DNA of 64,000 nucleotides. It comes from Octopus vulgaris. Lineage: Eukaryota. Position numbers and translations under genes: made by a program. Positions 1 through 13,854 of this stretch are shown here, one piece after another. The stretch covers positions 144,212,001-144,276,000 of the forward strand of contig OX597818.1 of assembly GCA_951406725.2 (NCBI GenBank), in the 5' to 3' direction. The notes under the pieces were generated by a model. It was given only the letters and a program-made list of their open reading frames with translations. It made no database searches and was not told the origin of the DNA. Every line of letters begins with the position of its first letter. The first letter of the stretch is position 1.

Positions 1-535
1 CCATATGACATCAGGACAGTATTCAAGAGTAATATAACACTTCGTAAATATCTCCTTTGAGTAAAACCACCAATAGAAGAGAATATCACCAAAGACTGCG
101 TGTACTCTACCCATGCAGTAAGTAATGGTGGTAAGTAATACAAAGGCGAAACATGCCGACCCCTCAAAATAAGGGTAGAGGAACATCACAAAGCTGTGAC
201 ATGAGAAGATATTGATAAATCAGGTATAGCTGATCATGCATGGAAAAACGGAGACCACCTCCCCCTGTGGGATGAAGATAAAATAATAAACAGGGAATAC
301 CACTGGAAAATACGAAAACTAAAATAAGCAGCAGATATGCTAAGACATAATAACCTCCTAAGCAGAACTAATGCAGATATGAATAGCATATGGGAACTGG
401 TATTAAGGAAGGATAGGAAAATATTAGATATATAAGCCCTAAAATTCACTCCATAATTGCCTACAGGTATATTGCTTAGTGGTTAAGAGAGCAGGCTACT
501 AACCCCAAGATTTGATTCCAGGCAGTCACAACAAC

Positions 536-595
<60 letters not shown>

Positions 596-797
596 AAGAA
601 GAACAACAACAACAACAACAGCACCACCAAAAAATACCTTAGGAATGAGAACCCAGTTTCGAAATTTCCTCAAGACACCTTATGAAGGCTGGAGAGCATA
701 TCAACCAAAATGTTGTGCTAACAACAAACAAGATGAGCTCAAATATCTGTCAAATGTAAATAATGTACATAATTCCTCATCTCTCAAATATAGAACT
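1..797 (+). mobile_element. Penelope-like element 3' part: decayed GIY-YIG endonuclease plus terminal repeat
   Basis: Broken frame reads CVYSx[26 protein letters not shown]; near-identical to the reverse complement of 45466-45700; followed by a compound trinucleotide run (530-628) and a decayed hammerhead-like motif (676-717). Confidence 0.82.
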
Positions 798-920
798 GGT
801 ACTTATTTTATTGACCCCAAAGAAATAAAAAGCAAAGTCAATCTCAGCAGAATTTGAACTCAGAATGAAGAGATTGACAAAATGCCACGAAGCATCTTGA
901 CCAGCAAGCTAATGATTCTG
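798..920 (-). mobile_element. tRNA-derived SINE fragment
   Basis: Reverse complement resembles the SINE at 40085-40305 (ttctgagttcaaattc..ttgactttgc..ggggtcaataaaataagtacc). Confidence 0.7.
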
Positions 921-1369
921 CCTTATTATTAATAAAACAGATAAATGTCCAATCTTCACAGCAGTGATTTGCTCTAAAACTCATGCTTTAAATTGTCAGG
1001 TAAATAGTGCAAGAGAGAAAGTCAAATACTACTGGCACATGTACACACTCACACATATTTGAACACTAATGGCATGAGCACATATACACATACCTCCCCC
1101 ACTCTTTCACATACACAAATACAGCTAATTGTGTATGTATGTGTGGACGCCAATAGCATACACTTGTGTGTGTGTGTGTGCACGCACATCTTTGTGTACA
1201 TGCCTCTCTCTCTCTCTCTCTCTCTCTTGCACACACTTTTACCATCCCTTTATATGGATTGACAGATTTTTCTAACACCAAAGGAATCCATCATTAGCAT
1301 TTTAATATAATAGATAATGATTTATTTTATTTCCCACAGGGGCATCTGAAGAGGTGGGGACAATTCAAA

Positions 1370-1505
1370 GACAATTTACAAATCATTACACTCAGCCATT
1401 CTTTTACAGAATGTCAGCCCTCTGGGATTCCATCCCTGCTCATATCTTTCCCACAATTGTTAGCTTACAAAGGTTCAAGATGAATATAAATGGCATCAAT
1501 ATACC
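1370..1505 (+). mobile_element. Old CR1/L2/Jockey-group LINE ORF2 C-terminal relic
   Basis: FFYRMSALWDSIP...SLQRFKMNIN fits the FFxRxxxxWNxLP...SLxxFK C-terminus. Confidence 0.55.
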
Positions 1506-1974
1506 AGTTCAGGAGGGTCTGCAAAGCCCCTTCCTCCAGACCCACCTAATATATGAAAATAAGTTAAAATGTTAAAATCATGAACAGCACCTAAATTTGA
1601 TATAGAAAAACATATTTAGTTTTGTCAAGAAGGAGTCTGTAGGTTAGAAGACCAATAAATGAAGACTCATGAGATGAGCAATGGCAACAGCCCAATTCCA
1701 AGCTGCCACTGCCACAGCTGCCATCATCATCATCATTTAACATCCGTCTTAACATGTTGGCAATGGGTTAGATGGTTTGACAGGATCTAAAGAGTCAGAT
1801 GACTAAATCAAGCTCCAATATCTGCTTTACTATTTATTCATCCTAAACAATATTTAGTATAAACTAAACACATTGGTGCCAGCTTGACACAAAAGCTCAT
1901 TGCTTCATGCAGTAGAAGGGACTGTATAATAGATGTGGTAAAATAATAATCTGCCCACCCCATAGATTACTTAC

Positions 1975-2043
1975 CTCTTTGGAAACAAGGAGTTCACCGT
2001 TATTTGATAATGGAACTTCTAAACACTGAGTGCTTCTTATTGC
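1975..2043 (-). CDS. TYW3: TYW3 coding exon 5 (gene probably continues beyond the left edge)
   Basis: tctttag acceptor, AIRSTQCLEVPLSNNGELLVSKE (69 nt; AxRSTxxLEVPL motif), GTAAGT donor; no further exon recognised in 1-1974. Confidence 0.92.
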
Positions 2044-3334
2044 CTAAAGAAATTGAAAACACAATGATTTTGCAACATTATTTGAAGGCTTTTCTATCCT
2101 GAGAAATTCAACTTATTTAAAACATTTTTACAATTTCTTAGACCCAATTATGAAAACTTCAATATTTGGCAGTTGCCAATCCTTAATGACACTCATATAA
2201 GATAACTGCTTACTTTTTAAAAAAAAGATAATGTTACAAATACATTGAGGAAATGGTTATTACTTAAATTAACCTTGATAGATGCCTACTGCAATCAACC
2301 TCACTGGATGCATGTCACTTATTTTACCAAAAATGAGGAATAGTTAAGTTAATCACAATGAGATTTCAAAGTAGAATGTAGACAGTCATAATAAATCTCT
2401 CACTAGTGAACCAGTGACTGACCTATTGGAAACCTGTAATTTATGATGCTATAGTGCAAATCTATCAAAAGCATTTTGTTGTGCCTCTGGACAGAAACAT
2501 TTATCATTCTACATTCCTCAGCCTGTAAGTAACAGCCATTATCTGGGAATGTTACTTCTTGAGAGACTGCTGTTCAATCAGGGGAAGATATATCTTTCAT
2601 CTACTGAAATAAAAGCAAAGCATTGACTCTCAAGAGCCTTGTTGTTGTGAAAGTCAACTGTAGTCAAACCTATGATCAAAAAGCATTCCAGATGTGACTA
2701 TCCCACTTTTTCTATAATTGCTTTTCTGATACACAGTATTAGGTAGTGGGTAGTGACTTCTGTCATTACTTTATGGAGTAATGACCCTACTTTACATGAC
2801 TCCTGGCTTTAGCAGGCCCTGACTGACATGCCTGGAATGGACTCCACTTTAGGGTTACAGATGCCCAACTATGGATAAATAGCTTCACTGTTTCATGAGA
2901 TAACGGATAGAGAGTCAACATTAGAATGAATCTGAAAGAGCATCCCTAAAGGGTTCGACTCAACATTCTTCTGGCAACTTCAACAGCCAAACTGGTACCA
3001 AACATCCTACTCTGAACCCTTTTAAATCACACAAGTGAAGTTGAGAGTAGGGTTTTGGTGTTTGGCCACTCCAGGATCTCCAAATATCCAACTTAGGCTT
3101 ATACTCCAGAAAGGTTACTTTAGTGTCACTGTATAAAGCGGCAGCATAAGAGATTGTTAGCTCTGTCGTGTTGGACTGGAACTCAAATCTGGACAGATCT
3201 ATAGTGAAAAACTCATCTCTCAAAACAGGTGGATGCTAACAACATATATAGAAGCATGTTATCCAATATTTCCTTTTTATTTAAGACAGCAGGTGTGATT
3301 TGATGAATATTTCACTGTTATTTCAAAGTTAGCA

Positions 3335-3620
3335 GAACAACCAGGAAACATTTTTTCATGCTGAGAGTTGCTGAAGCATGGAACAAACTGCCGGCATCAG
3401 TTGTTAGTTGTCGGAGCACTGCATCCTTCAAAACTTCCATGCTTCCTGAGATTCGCCAACACTACACTTGATTTTCTCCCCTCCATACACACACAAGCAT
3501 GTATCTGACTCATACATTGTTCGCTTTCCAGACATTTCTACATTACTGCATGTACTTTATATGCACTTTCTGACAAGTTGTGGTGCACCTGAGCACTGTA
3601 TACAATAATTTCATTATTAT
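3335..3620 (+). mobile_element. CR1/L2-like LINE 3' end
   Basis: FFMLRVAEAWNKLPASVVSCRSTASFK then a 3' UTR ending in (ATT)n; its tail recurs inverted at about 24178-24236. Confidence 0.7.
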
Positions 3621-4029
3621 CATAACCACATAGTGGCTGCCTCGTTTGTTGCATAGGACTTTCAGGACTTAGGGGGAGGGGTGTATTTAGCAAAATATGC
3701 CCAGATGGAAGCAATGTTTACTGACTAGAAACAAGTGAGGGTAGCTAACAGATTAAAATTTAAATCCTTTTAAATGATAACGTGAAAATAAAGCAGTTGT
3801 ATCATAGCAGAGACATTTTAGCTATTTAAAAGACACAAGCAGTGATTCTTCATCACCATCATTTTTTTAACAACTACTTTTCCATGCTTGCATGGGTCAG
3901 AAGAAATTATGTAGAGAAAGACAATTCTTTTTGCCAATCCACCCTTTTTCAACACAAAGTGATATTTTCCATACCCAGTCATGTTTTCATGGAAGAATTA
4001 ATACCTTTGCTTGCATGTCAGTGATGCAC

Positions 4030-4255
4030 ATCATCATCATCATCATCATCATCATCGTTTAACGTCCGTTTTCCGCGCTAGCACGGGTTGGACGGTTTCG
4101 ACCGGGGTCTGGGGAGCTCGGGACTGCCCCAGGCTCCAGTCTAGTCTGGCAGTGTTTCTACAGCTGGATGCCCTTCCTAACGCCAACCACTCCGCGAGTG
4201 TAGTGGGTGTTTTTTTACGTGCCACTTGCACAGGTGCCAGAGGGGTCTGGCATCG
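4030..4255 (-). mobile_element. RTE LINE 3' tail (heavily 5'-truncated)
   Basis: (CAT)n then the reverse complement of the RTE 3' UTR at 53980-54170; related short copies near 1725-1830, 4690-4890, 19021-19060, 36506-36772 and 40810-40965. Confidence 0.85.
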
Positions 4256-4999
4256 GATTTATAAATATTACATGATGTCAACACACACACACATATGACT
4301 GGCTTCTTTCAGTTTCTGTGTACCAAATCCACTCAATGTTTTGGTCAGCCAAGGGACACAGTACAAAACACTTGCACACTGGGACTGAAACCAAAACCAC
4401 ATGATTAGGAAGCAAACTTCTTAACCACAGACATGCCTGTGATTGTGCCATGTATATCTTTCTCTCACTCCACCCTCTATTTCTCTCTTACTCTATCTCT
4501 CCTTTCTTTTCCTACTGAGGTAGCCAAGTATCTCTTCAATAGTAAGACACCTGACTCTATATCCCTCTATTATATTTTAACCTCTTAACTGACACAAAGC
4601 CATCTCCCTTGGCTGCAGTACCTCTCCCAGTTGAGAGGTCTTCGTCTCACAAATTACCTGGTAACCCTACTTGGTGCCATGTAAAAAGTATTAATGTTGG
4701 TGTCAGATAAAAAGCACCCAATAAAACTCTGTACAGTGGTTGGCATTAGGAAGGGCATTCAGTTGCAGAAACCATGCCAAAGCAGACAATGGAACCTGGT
4801 GTAACTCTTTAGCTTGCCTAGCTCCTGTCAAACCATCCAACCCATGCCAGCATGGGAGATGGACATTAAATGAGGATGAGAGTAATGATGAGATATATGT
4901 ATTGATATATATATACATATATACACACCCACACATATACACAACATGATTAGATTCATAGTTTTATTACATTTTTTTCAATAGCATATATATAGTAGA

Positions 5000-5260
5000 T
5001 ACAGGCATGGCTGCAGTTGAGAAGTTCACTTCACAACCACATGCTTCCAGGTTCAATTTCATTGTGCAGACTTTCAGGAAATGTCTTCTACCACAGCACT
5101 GAGTTGGCCAATGCCTTGTGAGTGGAATTTAGCAGATGGAAACCATGCTGAAACCCTGAGTGAATGAGTGAGAGAGATTGTGAGTATGTGTGTGTGTGTG
5201 TTGCCAATTTTTTTGTGAATGATGTAAACATCAATAAAATATAAACATCTGTATTAAAAC
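5000..5260 (+). mobile_element. tRNA-derived SINE (second family)
   Basis: Head ggcatggctg..agaagttcacttcacaaccacatg..ggttcaatt; related copies at about 4295-4440 (-), 9722-9860 (+), 31780-31920 (-) and 38540-38700 (-). Confidence 0.7.
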
Positions 5261-5706
5261 TGAAAAATTGTGCTCTCAAATTAAAATACATTATATTTGT
5301 TCCACCTAAATTACCAGCTATTTCCTTTGTCACTCAAGGCATCTACAAGCACAGTGAACCAGTGACTGCCCACTAGCAACTTATAACCAAAGACACTATT
5401 GTTGACCAAATGTGATATAAAATAAAATAATCACTTGTATTAAAGTCATTGGTCACAGATGTGTGACCTGGATACTGATATTCTACTCCACTGTATACAT
5501 ATCTTATTAAGGAAATTATCATCATCTTAAAATTTATATATCAGTGTATGTGTGTTTTAAATTACTAAACTGACTCTACTCTGTTGCATCGGTCTTAGTA
5601 TTTTCAGCCACTCTCAGATCAAATCTCTCGTCAAATAGCTGCAACAAAAAAAAAATTGAATAATAAAGAAAAAAATATAATCAATATAATCAAAGACCTT
5701 CCTTAC

Positions 5707-5778
5707 AGCAATAATCTTCCCCTTTCTGTTGACTGTAATACCAGAGTTGCGAAATCCAGAAGCAACAGATACAGCATG
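5707..5778 (-). CDS. TYW3: TYW3 coding exon 4
   Basis: tttcag acceptor, HAVSVASGFRNSGITVNRKGKIIA (72 nt; SGFRNSG motif), GTAAGG donor. Confidence 0.94.
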
Positions 5779-7484
5779 CTGAAACAAATGAGTAAATATT
5801 GAAATATTTTCAACATTCCTTCAAAATAAATTTATTGTTCAGTAAATAGAGCAATATTATGTGTAGTTGGGGGAGACAACAGAGAAACTAAAATGGTAAA
5901 CACACTTTTTTGATGGCTTAGTGAAAGGAGAAATAATAGTAGCCATAACATTTGCAGGATATCCTTACGGCTGAATAGTTTTGATTAAGGTAAAAGTTGA
6001 TGGCTGGGGTGGAGTGAAGAAGATATCATGACTCAAGTTACTGCTACCCAATACTTTGAGCTCAGCATATAACCCAGCTGGGTGCACCTCCCAAAACAAT
6101 CTTATACTCACTCTCATGGACAAGAGAAATAAAACCATGCAGGGTTATATACCAGCTGGTGGGGACTGCCTTTTAAAGTGCTAACTGCAGGTTTGGGTTC
6201 TTGTTCTATGAGAAACCTTTTCCATCAGCACTATTTAACAAATAATGGGACAGTTAAAGGAAAGTTGCTGTAGTAAATAACACATCAAGTTATATCATCT
6301 TCAAAGCAGAGATCTGGTTGGAATGCTTACAACAAAGTGACTTCCACTAAAGGCACCCAAGAGTCAATTACAGTATTTAGTTTTACCTCTTTCCTTCTAA
6401 GTTCAAATGCTATCTACAGTTAGTAACCTCTTGAGCTATATTTCCAAGTTGCTCTCTTCTCAATGTTAGTGAGGCCCAGTGTATTGCTAACATTCTGTAC
6501 ACATTTTCCTGCAATCTCTTGATTCTAGTATATTGCTTTGCAATCCAACTAATCACACACCTTTGACCTTCTTGTCACAGAACATTGGCAAACCATTTAT
6601 CTTTACTTTCTCTGATGTCTAACTTCCCTTGGAGTTGCCTGAGTGGTCAAGACAGACCTCAGCACTTTTTACATGGCTTAGAAAGAGTCTTTCTAAATAA
6701 CCGCCTAAGCTTCTAGATCTAGTTCCTAGTTTACTAGACAGTCTGTGTTCCCACTTTCTCTCCTGCGTGGGTACAAAATATGGACCACACATAGCTACAT
6801 CAAGACTCTATTGACTCTACAAGATAGTTTTAGCATCTTGGCAACATAGAATTATACACACAGAAGTCTGTCATGCTAGCCACATTGAATCCATACATCA
6901 CAGGCATCAACTAAGATATCGCAGACATGTTGTGCATATTTCTGACATGTGTTTTTCCTGTAAGATCATGAAGAACCAACTACACTATGATCAGAGCTTG
7001 GCTAAGTGACAAAAGTGGTTCAAAGATCAATGAAAGTCATGTTAAAGAAGAGCAACATCAACCCTACAGAAGTGAGACTGTACTGCCCACCTCTTACTTT
7101 GGCCGTTGCATAGTTCAAAGGGTAATGAAGACAGAGGGAAAATGCACCCAAAATCAAAAGGAAAATCAGTATAAAAAAGCATACATAGAGAGCAACATTT
7201 ATCCATATCATCCAAATATTTATGCAACTCATCTTCAGCCAGGGCTTCACATCAAAGATTAAGATGTATGGCCACCAAAATATCCATAAATCAGTTAAGA
7301 ACATTAAAACATTACTTGAGAGATAAAAACTGCTAACAACTATCTTTTACTGACCTAAATTACAATCAAGGCAAAGAAGGTTTTTTAATTTTTTATTTTT
7401 GTATTAACTGAATGTATTGAAAAGAAACATATTTCAAAAGTTCTTCTTTCCTTTAAGGACTCTTAATGACAATTTAGGACTTAC

Positions 7485-7583
7485 AATCGTTTGAGCATCA
7501 TGTAATTCTCGGCATTGAATATGCATCACAAAGGGTTCAAATTTAAAAACAGCATTCCCAGTTATTTCTTCGAGTGGTGCTAT
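7485..7583 (-). CDS. TYW3: TYW3 coding exon 3
   Basis: ttcacag acceptor, IAPLEEITGNAVFKFEPFVMHIQCRELHDAQTI (99 nt; KFEPFVxHxQCR motif), GTAAGT donor. Confidence 0.94.
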
Positions 7584-9369
7584 CTGTGAATATTGCAAGC
7601 AAACATCATAAAACAGAAAATGAATATGAATTTAAGTTCAATTTTAACACATTTATTTACCCATAACCACAGAGGTTAAACAATATGTAAAACTGACTCC
7701 AAACCACCTGTTTCTATTCACTCCATCTACTCTATGACAACCAGACATACCTCAAGCCAAGAAGAACATATCCATGTGATTACTTGTCCTACTAGAAATA
7801 GTAACCAAATCTCCCAGAAATTGATATTATTGTCTTTAAAAAAGGTCATATTGAATAAAGTAATTCAAGATACACTTTCACGAAAAAAAAAAGAGTTAGA
7901 GACAATGGTCATGCCTGGACCACTGCTGGTCAATAATTGCTAGCCTAGGGTTAAACAAGCTAACACACTTTGCTATTACTATTCTTATTATTCCCCTTGA
8001 CATCACATTTTAACTCCAAGATAACCGTTGTCAAACCAATCACTGTCTGAGTCCATCACTGAAACATCTTTATTACTTACTTTAATATTTACTCATATTG
8101 GTATTCCTCTATTTCATTGTCTCATTACATTTAGCTGAACTCATGTTCCACACTCAATATTTCATTATCATCTCATTATTTTCAGTTCTTTACTTTAGAT
8201 AACTATACCCACTGCAATGACTGTACTAAAATATGAATACAATCATTTAGTCATTTTCATTTGAATCACTCTTTCCAAACTTCAAACTGACAACTGAAAG
8301 ATTACTGATGAAGATCAAGTAATAGTTACAGCTGTTGTTTAACCTTAAGTCAGCCCTGATCAAGCAAACCTAAAGAAAGCCCATCCACGATCAGCATATC
8401 ACATTTATAGGACCATATGTCTGCTTGTTTTTGAAGAGTGTAATTTAAAAAATAATTTAGCTACCAATTCTAGTAGGACAAAAAATCATGAAGTTCCTTC
8501 ATTGGTCCAATCTAGCTAGAGAGAATGATCAGAATGTCTCTCCAGCTAAATACTTTAAAATATTGATTAGGTACATATTTTAAGATAACTGAGTTTCTAA
8601 CAGACTTTTTACCATTTTCCCATATTCACCCCTCCTTTTGCCACCTATATTTTGCCCACTACCTTCAACCAAGTGTCATCTCATTACACTTTAATTGCAA
8701 ACTTTCATTTTTGTAAAAGTTATTAAAATACAGTCACAAATTTAACAAAGTATTTCTGAACTTCTTTCATTTTCTTTTATCAAGAACTTTATTGTTTTAT
8801 TCCATATTTATCTCACCATCTAATATCAACATTATTCAGTTCTAATCATCCTTTGTAAAATTCATAGTTTCATCAATTATCATTAAAAAAAAATAGTGCC
8901 CGTAACCCTCAGTGATACCTCAAGTCTTTCATGCAGAATTAGTATTTCACAAGAAAAACCAGGGAGTTAAAAAGTGTTGGGCTGCTAGCTGAAGAATCAG
9001 ACATTCATCACTCGCTGACTCAATCTACTTAATAATTCATAGATGCCATATAATACAACACCTTGCTCTATGAAACAGGAGCACAGTATAATCTAACAAG
9101 TGATCTATTGGCCTATAGTGTAGGGTATAGTACATCTTTCAAGCCAAGAGAAGGCAACAAGAAACTGCTTCAGCTCACAATCTCTCAGGACAGGAACTCA
9201 TAGTCAGCCACTGAAATGAGTACTGATATGGTTCTGGGTTTTGATACGATTTATGTGATGGACAATGGTCACTCTGTAGTTATTCATCATTCACAAATAA
9301 TGGAGAAACCTTATCCTCAAAAAACTAACCAAAAGCATTAAAAAGAGAAAATAAATTAAATATGTTTAC

Positions 9370-9447
9370 AGTATCCTCAAGATGGACCAGTTCATGAGTT
9401 GTAAAAAGCCATCGACAGCCTTTCTTCTTCACTCCATCAGATTCAGC
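9370..9447 (-). CDS. TYW3: TYW3 coding exon 2
   Basis: ttttttag acceptor, AESDGVKKKGCRWLFTTHELVHLEDT (78 nt; CxWLxxTH motif), GTAAAC donor, phase 0. Confidence 0.9.
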
Positions 9448-10044
9448 CTAAAAAATGAAAATAATATAAAATAAATACAAGCAATATTCAAACTTACAAT
9501 TAAGCTGAACACAGAAGAGGGTCTATTGTGAATCCTATCTTTTCATTACTTATATAAGTACATTTGGGACAGGGAGGAAATCCAGAGAAACACTTAACCC
9601 ACACATGTAAACTAAAGAGGAGTCATTTCCGTTGCCATAATATTGTTACCCTAGCTAACTAGGAAGAACCCTGATTAAAGATGTTCTAACCAAGACCATC
9701 CTGTCTCATTTTACAAAGTGGAACAGGCATAGTTATGTGGTTAAGAAGTTCACTTCACAACCAAATGGTTTTGCAGCACCTTGAGCAAGTGTCAACCAGA
9801 TCAACCAATGACTTGTGAAGGTCTATGTTAGATGAGATGGAAACTGGGCAGAAATCTGAGATATACATACATGTATATACAGTGCAGGATTTACCGTTGT
9901 GCTTAGGTGTGCACAAGCACAGGGTCCTGTTGAATAGTTGTTGGGGTGATCCATCTTCCTGCCCCCTCCCTAATTTTTTACGATGAATTGTTCAAATGTC
10001 GAACGTTCAAATATTTTTCCTAAAACTTACAAAAGTGAAATTAA

Positions 10045-11935
10045 TAATGTGAATGAATGGGAGAAAGAGAGTCTGCCGAATGCCAACCCAACACAGGGAC
10101 CAGCTATCCGAATTGACAGTACCTTGGTAGATAAAGTAATCAAGAGTATGAAGGCAGGGAAAGCCCCCGGCCCATCAGGAATCACTGCAGAGATGCTCAA
10201 AATATCTGGCAGTGTCGGCTATAGCACAGTCACATGTATAGTCAACCAGGTGATACATGAAAGAGTCATAACCAATGACTGGTGTAGCAGCACCATAGTC
10301 AACTGCTACAAAGGTAAAGGTGACGCCTTAGATACAAATAATTACAGAGGTATCAAGTTGTTGGATCAGGTAATGAAGGTCACAGAGAGGGTCATAGCCC
10401 AACTAATTAGGGAGAGAGTCAGCCTAGATGAGATGCAGTTTGGGTTCATGCGAGGGAAAAGCACCACTGATGCTATATATCTGGTAAGACTGCTGCAGGA
10501 GAAATACCTAGCCAAAGATAAACCTCTGTACCTGGCTTTCATTGACATGGAGAAAGACTTTGGCAGGGTCCCCTGATCCCTTATCTGGTGGTCAATGAGG
10601 AAACTAGGGATAGATGAATGGTTAGTGAGAGCTGTGCAAACCATGTACAGGGATGATGTCAGTAAGGTGAGGGTTGGCAATGAGTACAGTGAAGAATTCT
10701 GGGTCGGGGTAGTGGTCCACCAAGGATCAGTCCTCAGCCCCCTCTTATTCATCAAATCCTCTGGGCAATAACAGAGGAATTTAAAACAGGATACCTATAG
10801 GAGCTCCTCTATGCTGATGACTTTGCTCTAATTGTTGAATCACTACCAGAACTGGAGAAGTTTTACATGTGGAAGCAAGGTTTAGAATCAAAGGACCTTA
10901 AAGTTAACCTAACAAAAACTAAAGTCTTAATAAGTAGGAAGGCAGACAAACGACAAATCCCTTCAGGTAGATGGCCCTGCTTGATCTGTAGAAAAGGCGT
11001 AGGTAGAAACTCCATAAGATGTACCCAGTGTAAGCTATGGACACTTAAGAGGTGAAGCAATATCAAAGGAAGGCTAACTGGGAAGATAGTTTTTGTATGT
11101 GGCAAATGCTCAGGAACAATAAACACTGAAAATGTGCAGAAAACAGCTTCTGTCACATTCCAGGGAGAAAAACTACAAGTAGTTGATAGCTTCCATTACC
11201 TAGGTGACCAAGTCAGTAGCGGGAGTGGATGCTCCAAGAGAATATTCTAGCTGCTAGAATAAGAATAGCCTGGGCAAAGTTCAGAGAGCTCTTACCTCTG
11301 CTAGTGACAAAAGGTCTCTCGCTCAGAATAAAAGGTAGACTGTACGACGCATGTGTACAAACAGTCATGCTACATAGCAGTGAAACATAGGCCATGACTG
11401 CTGAGGAAATGCTTAAGCTTGCAAGGAATGAAGCCACTATGCTCTACTGGATGTGAAATGTCAGTGTGCATACATGACAGAGTGTAAGCGCACTGAGAAA
11501 AAAGTTGGACTTAAGAAGCATCAAATGTGGTTTGCATGAGAGACGACTGTGCTGCTATGGTCATGTGTTGGGATCGGATGAGGACAGCTGTTGAGGGAAC
11601 CTGTGGAAGAGGTAGACCCACGAAGACTTGGGTTAAGGTGGTGAAGCACGACCTTCGAATATTGGGCCTCACCGAGGCAATGATTAGTGACTGAGACCTT
11701 TGGAGATATGCTGTGCTTGAGAAGACCCAGCAAGCCAAGTGAGACCATAAGTCATGGCCTATGCCAGGGGTGTATATGACCAGCTCACGTATAAGTACCC
11801 TTCATTCATTGAACAATAAACTTTTGCTTGCGAAGACCTGTTGAGGCAAGTGAAATCAAAATCACTGACGTGGCCGATGACAGTACTGCCTGATTGGCAC
11901 TTGTGTCAGTGGAATGTTAAAAGCACCAACAGTTG
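10045..11935 (+). mobile_element. RTE-clade LINE, 5'-truncated and decayed, in TYW3 intron 1 (antisense)
   Basis: RT motifs KAPGPSGI, NYRGIKLL, QFGF, LLYADD, with stops and frameshifts; collinear with 51950-53780. Confidence 0.93.
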
Positions 11936-13069
11936 CATATAGTCATCTAAATTTAGCCCCAGACCTTGTTCAAAGATATTTGGATGAATTCCGACAAGCA
12001 GACACAGTCAGAATACAAGCTGTGGACTTGTGGATTATTCACCGATACATCAAGCTGTTTCACAAAAAAAAAAGGAGACGTAAAAAATCGAGTAAGTTAG
12101 CTTATATATACGCATGCATGCATGCATATATGTTTGTATGTATTTATGGGTGGGGGTGCACACGTCTCTGTTTTTTCTGACAACCAGTGTTGGCTTGCTT
12201 GCGGCCCCAAAGCCCAGTGATTTGGTAAAAAGAGATAGACACCAGAGTTTAAAGAATAAGTATTGTAGTCGATTTGATGACTAAACCCACCAAGTCTAAT
12301 GACGTTAAGTAAAAGAGTGGTAATTTGCTAATATATTCTCTTTTAAGATGACCGGCTATAGGATGTGGTTAGGGCATATAGATTTTGTTTGTGTTTGTCG
12401 CTGGGAAAAGGGAAAATCATCCAAATTTATGGTGCTCCATGGATACAAATCAATATAGCAACAACAGCATAAGCTGTAAACATTCTCCAGACAAGTGAAA
12501 CAGTAGAAACGGAAGCAAAGTAGTGATTGTTTACGTTGTCATCGGACGGGACTCGTCGTTAGAGCCAGGTGTTTTTTGGTGAAACGAAATTAACAACTAA
12601 TCTATATATTTACTAACACAAAAAAAATCTCTCACCAATGAATGGTTGTTCTACTTTTCAACTGTTTATTCCCCAGATACCCCGTGAATGAACCGGAAGG
12701 TATAAACCTGACGTATATTAAACAAGTGAAATATCAAAATATGCAAACCATTTTATCGTATAAAGCAAACGGTTTCGTCCTTTCCGTAAGGCCATATTAG
12801 TGTATCTATATATGCGTATGATATAGCATAACGACAATTGTGATAATGAACGCAAAAATATTCAGGCCTAGGACTAACAAGTTGATCGTAGATACGACCT
12901 CAGGAATAAAAACATTACCGGACCAGCAGACAAACAAAATTATATTAGCTATATGAGATACAGAAACACGTGCTTATCTTTACACCAAGTCCCTTCTGTA
13001 ATGTGTGTATAGCCATAAGCACGTATTTGTGTTTCTCTGTATGTATGCAATACAATGAAAAAAACTTAC

Positions 13070-13237
13070 ATCTTCGAATATTGTAATTCTGCCAGAACAA
13101 GAACTTGTTGTGAAGTATTGTTCTTGGGAATTGATATATTGGCAAAGAGATAAGATAGGTGCATCAATAGATCCCTTTCGACTGCAGTCTATTTTAGAAA
13201 GATTGTTCTTTTTTTGAAGCGCGAATGATTTGGCCAT
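13070..13237 (-). CDS. TYW3: tRNA wybutosine-synthesizing protein 3, coding exon 1
   Basis: ATG at 13237; MAKSFALQKKNNLSKIDCSRKGSIDAPILSLCQYINSQEQYFTTSSCSGRITIFED carries the TYW3 motifs DxSxKGSID and TTSSCSGR; 168 nt followed by a GTAAGT donor, phase 0. Confidence 0.95.
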
Positions 13238-13698
13238 GTTAAAAACAAATTCACATATACCAGAAGAATGATTCGCCTAAGTAAGGATGACAAAAATAAC
13301 TTTTACTCGTCATCGTCATCAATAACAAGGTTGGGGAAATTGCACGCGCGTAGTCAATTTCTATGGGAGATAACTCTGGTTACAGTTTTAATATTTCGGG
13401 CCTACCATACTTTAATCCTCAGGCACTGTGTTGTATGGTGGAGGAAATAATCCAATACAGAGTGAATAACTTAGTTAAACTAGATAACAGACGGATAATC
13501 ACTAGAATTCAAGGAACTTCAATGTAGGCACCATTAGTAAGAGCGAATATTGTACAAGGCGCTTGAGTGTACCTCGACGTGTTCGTTCAATAGGCTACAC
13601 AGCAGTCGAATGACCCCCAAATAATACCAAATAATAGATAGAATGATAACAGTTTGATTCTCAACGTTGAGATGAATATAATGTTGCAAATCTTACAC

Positions 13699-13818
13699 GG
13701 ATCTTTTCGCTTTGACCGGCAGATTTTTTAAATAATTTCTTTGTAACTAAACACTTTTAAACTTCATATACTGGTAGAATGTGTTTATAAACATCTTTTT
13801 CTCTTGGCAAAAAGATCC
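13699..13818. mobile_element. Internally deleted MITE (GGATC...GATCC) with 8-bp TSD
   Basis: TCTTACAC repeated at 13691-13698 and 13819-13826; body matches the 5' part of 13855-14271. Confidence 0.85.
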
Positions 13819-13854
13819 TCTTACACAAATTAAGTCTATCACCACAGATGTATT

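Noticed and set aside
476-673. Hydrophobic poly-V/L/I ORF resembling a membrane peptide
   Set aside because: Reverse translation of a compound trinucleotide run inside the Penelope terminal region
6300-7300. Possible very old LINE relics in TYW3 intron 3
   Set aside because: Motifs too decayed to assign a family or boundaries by eye
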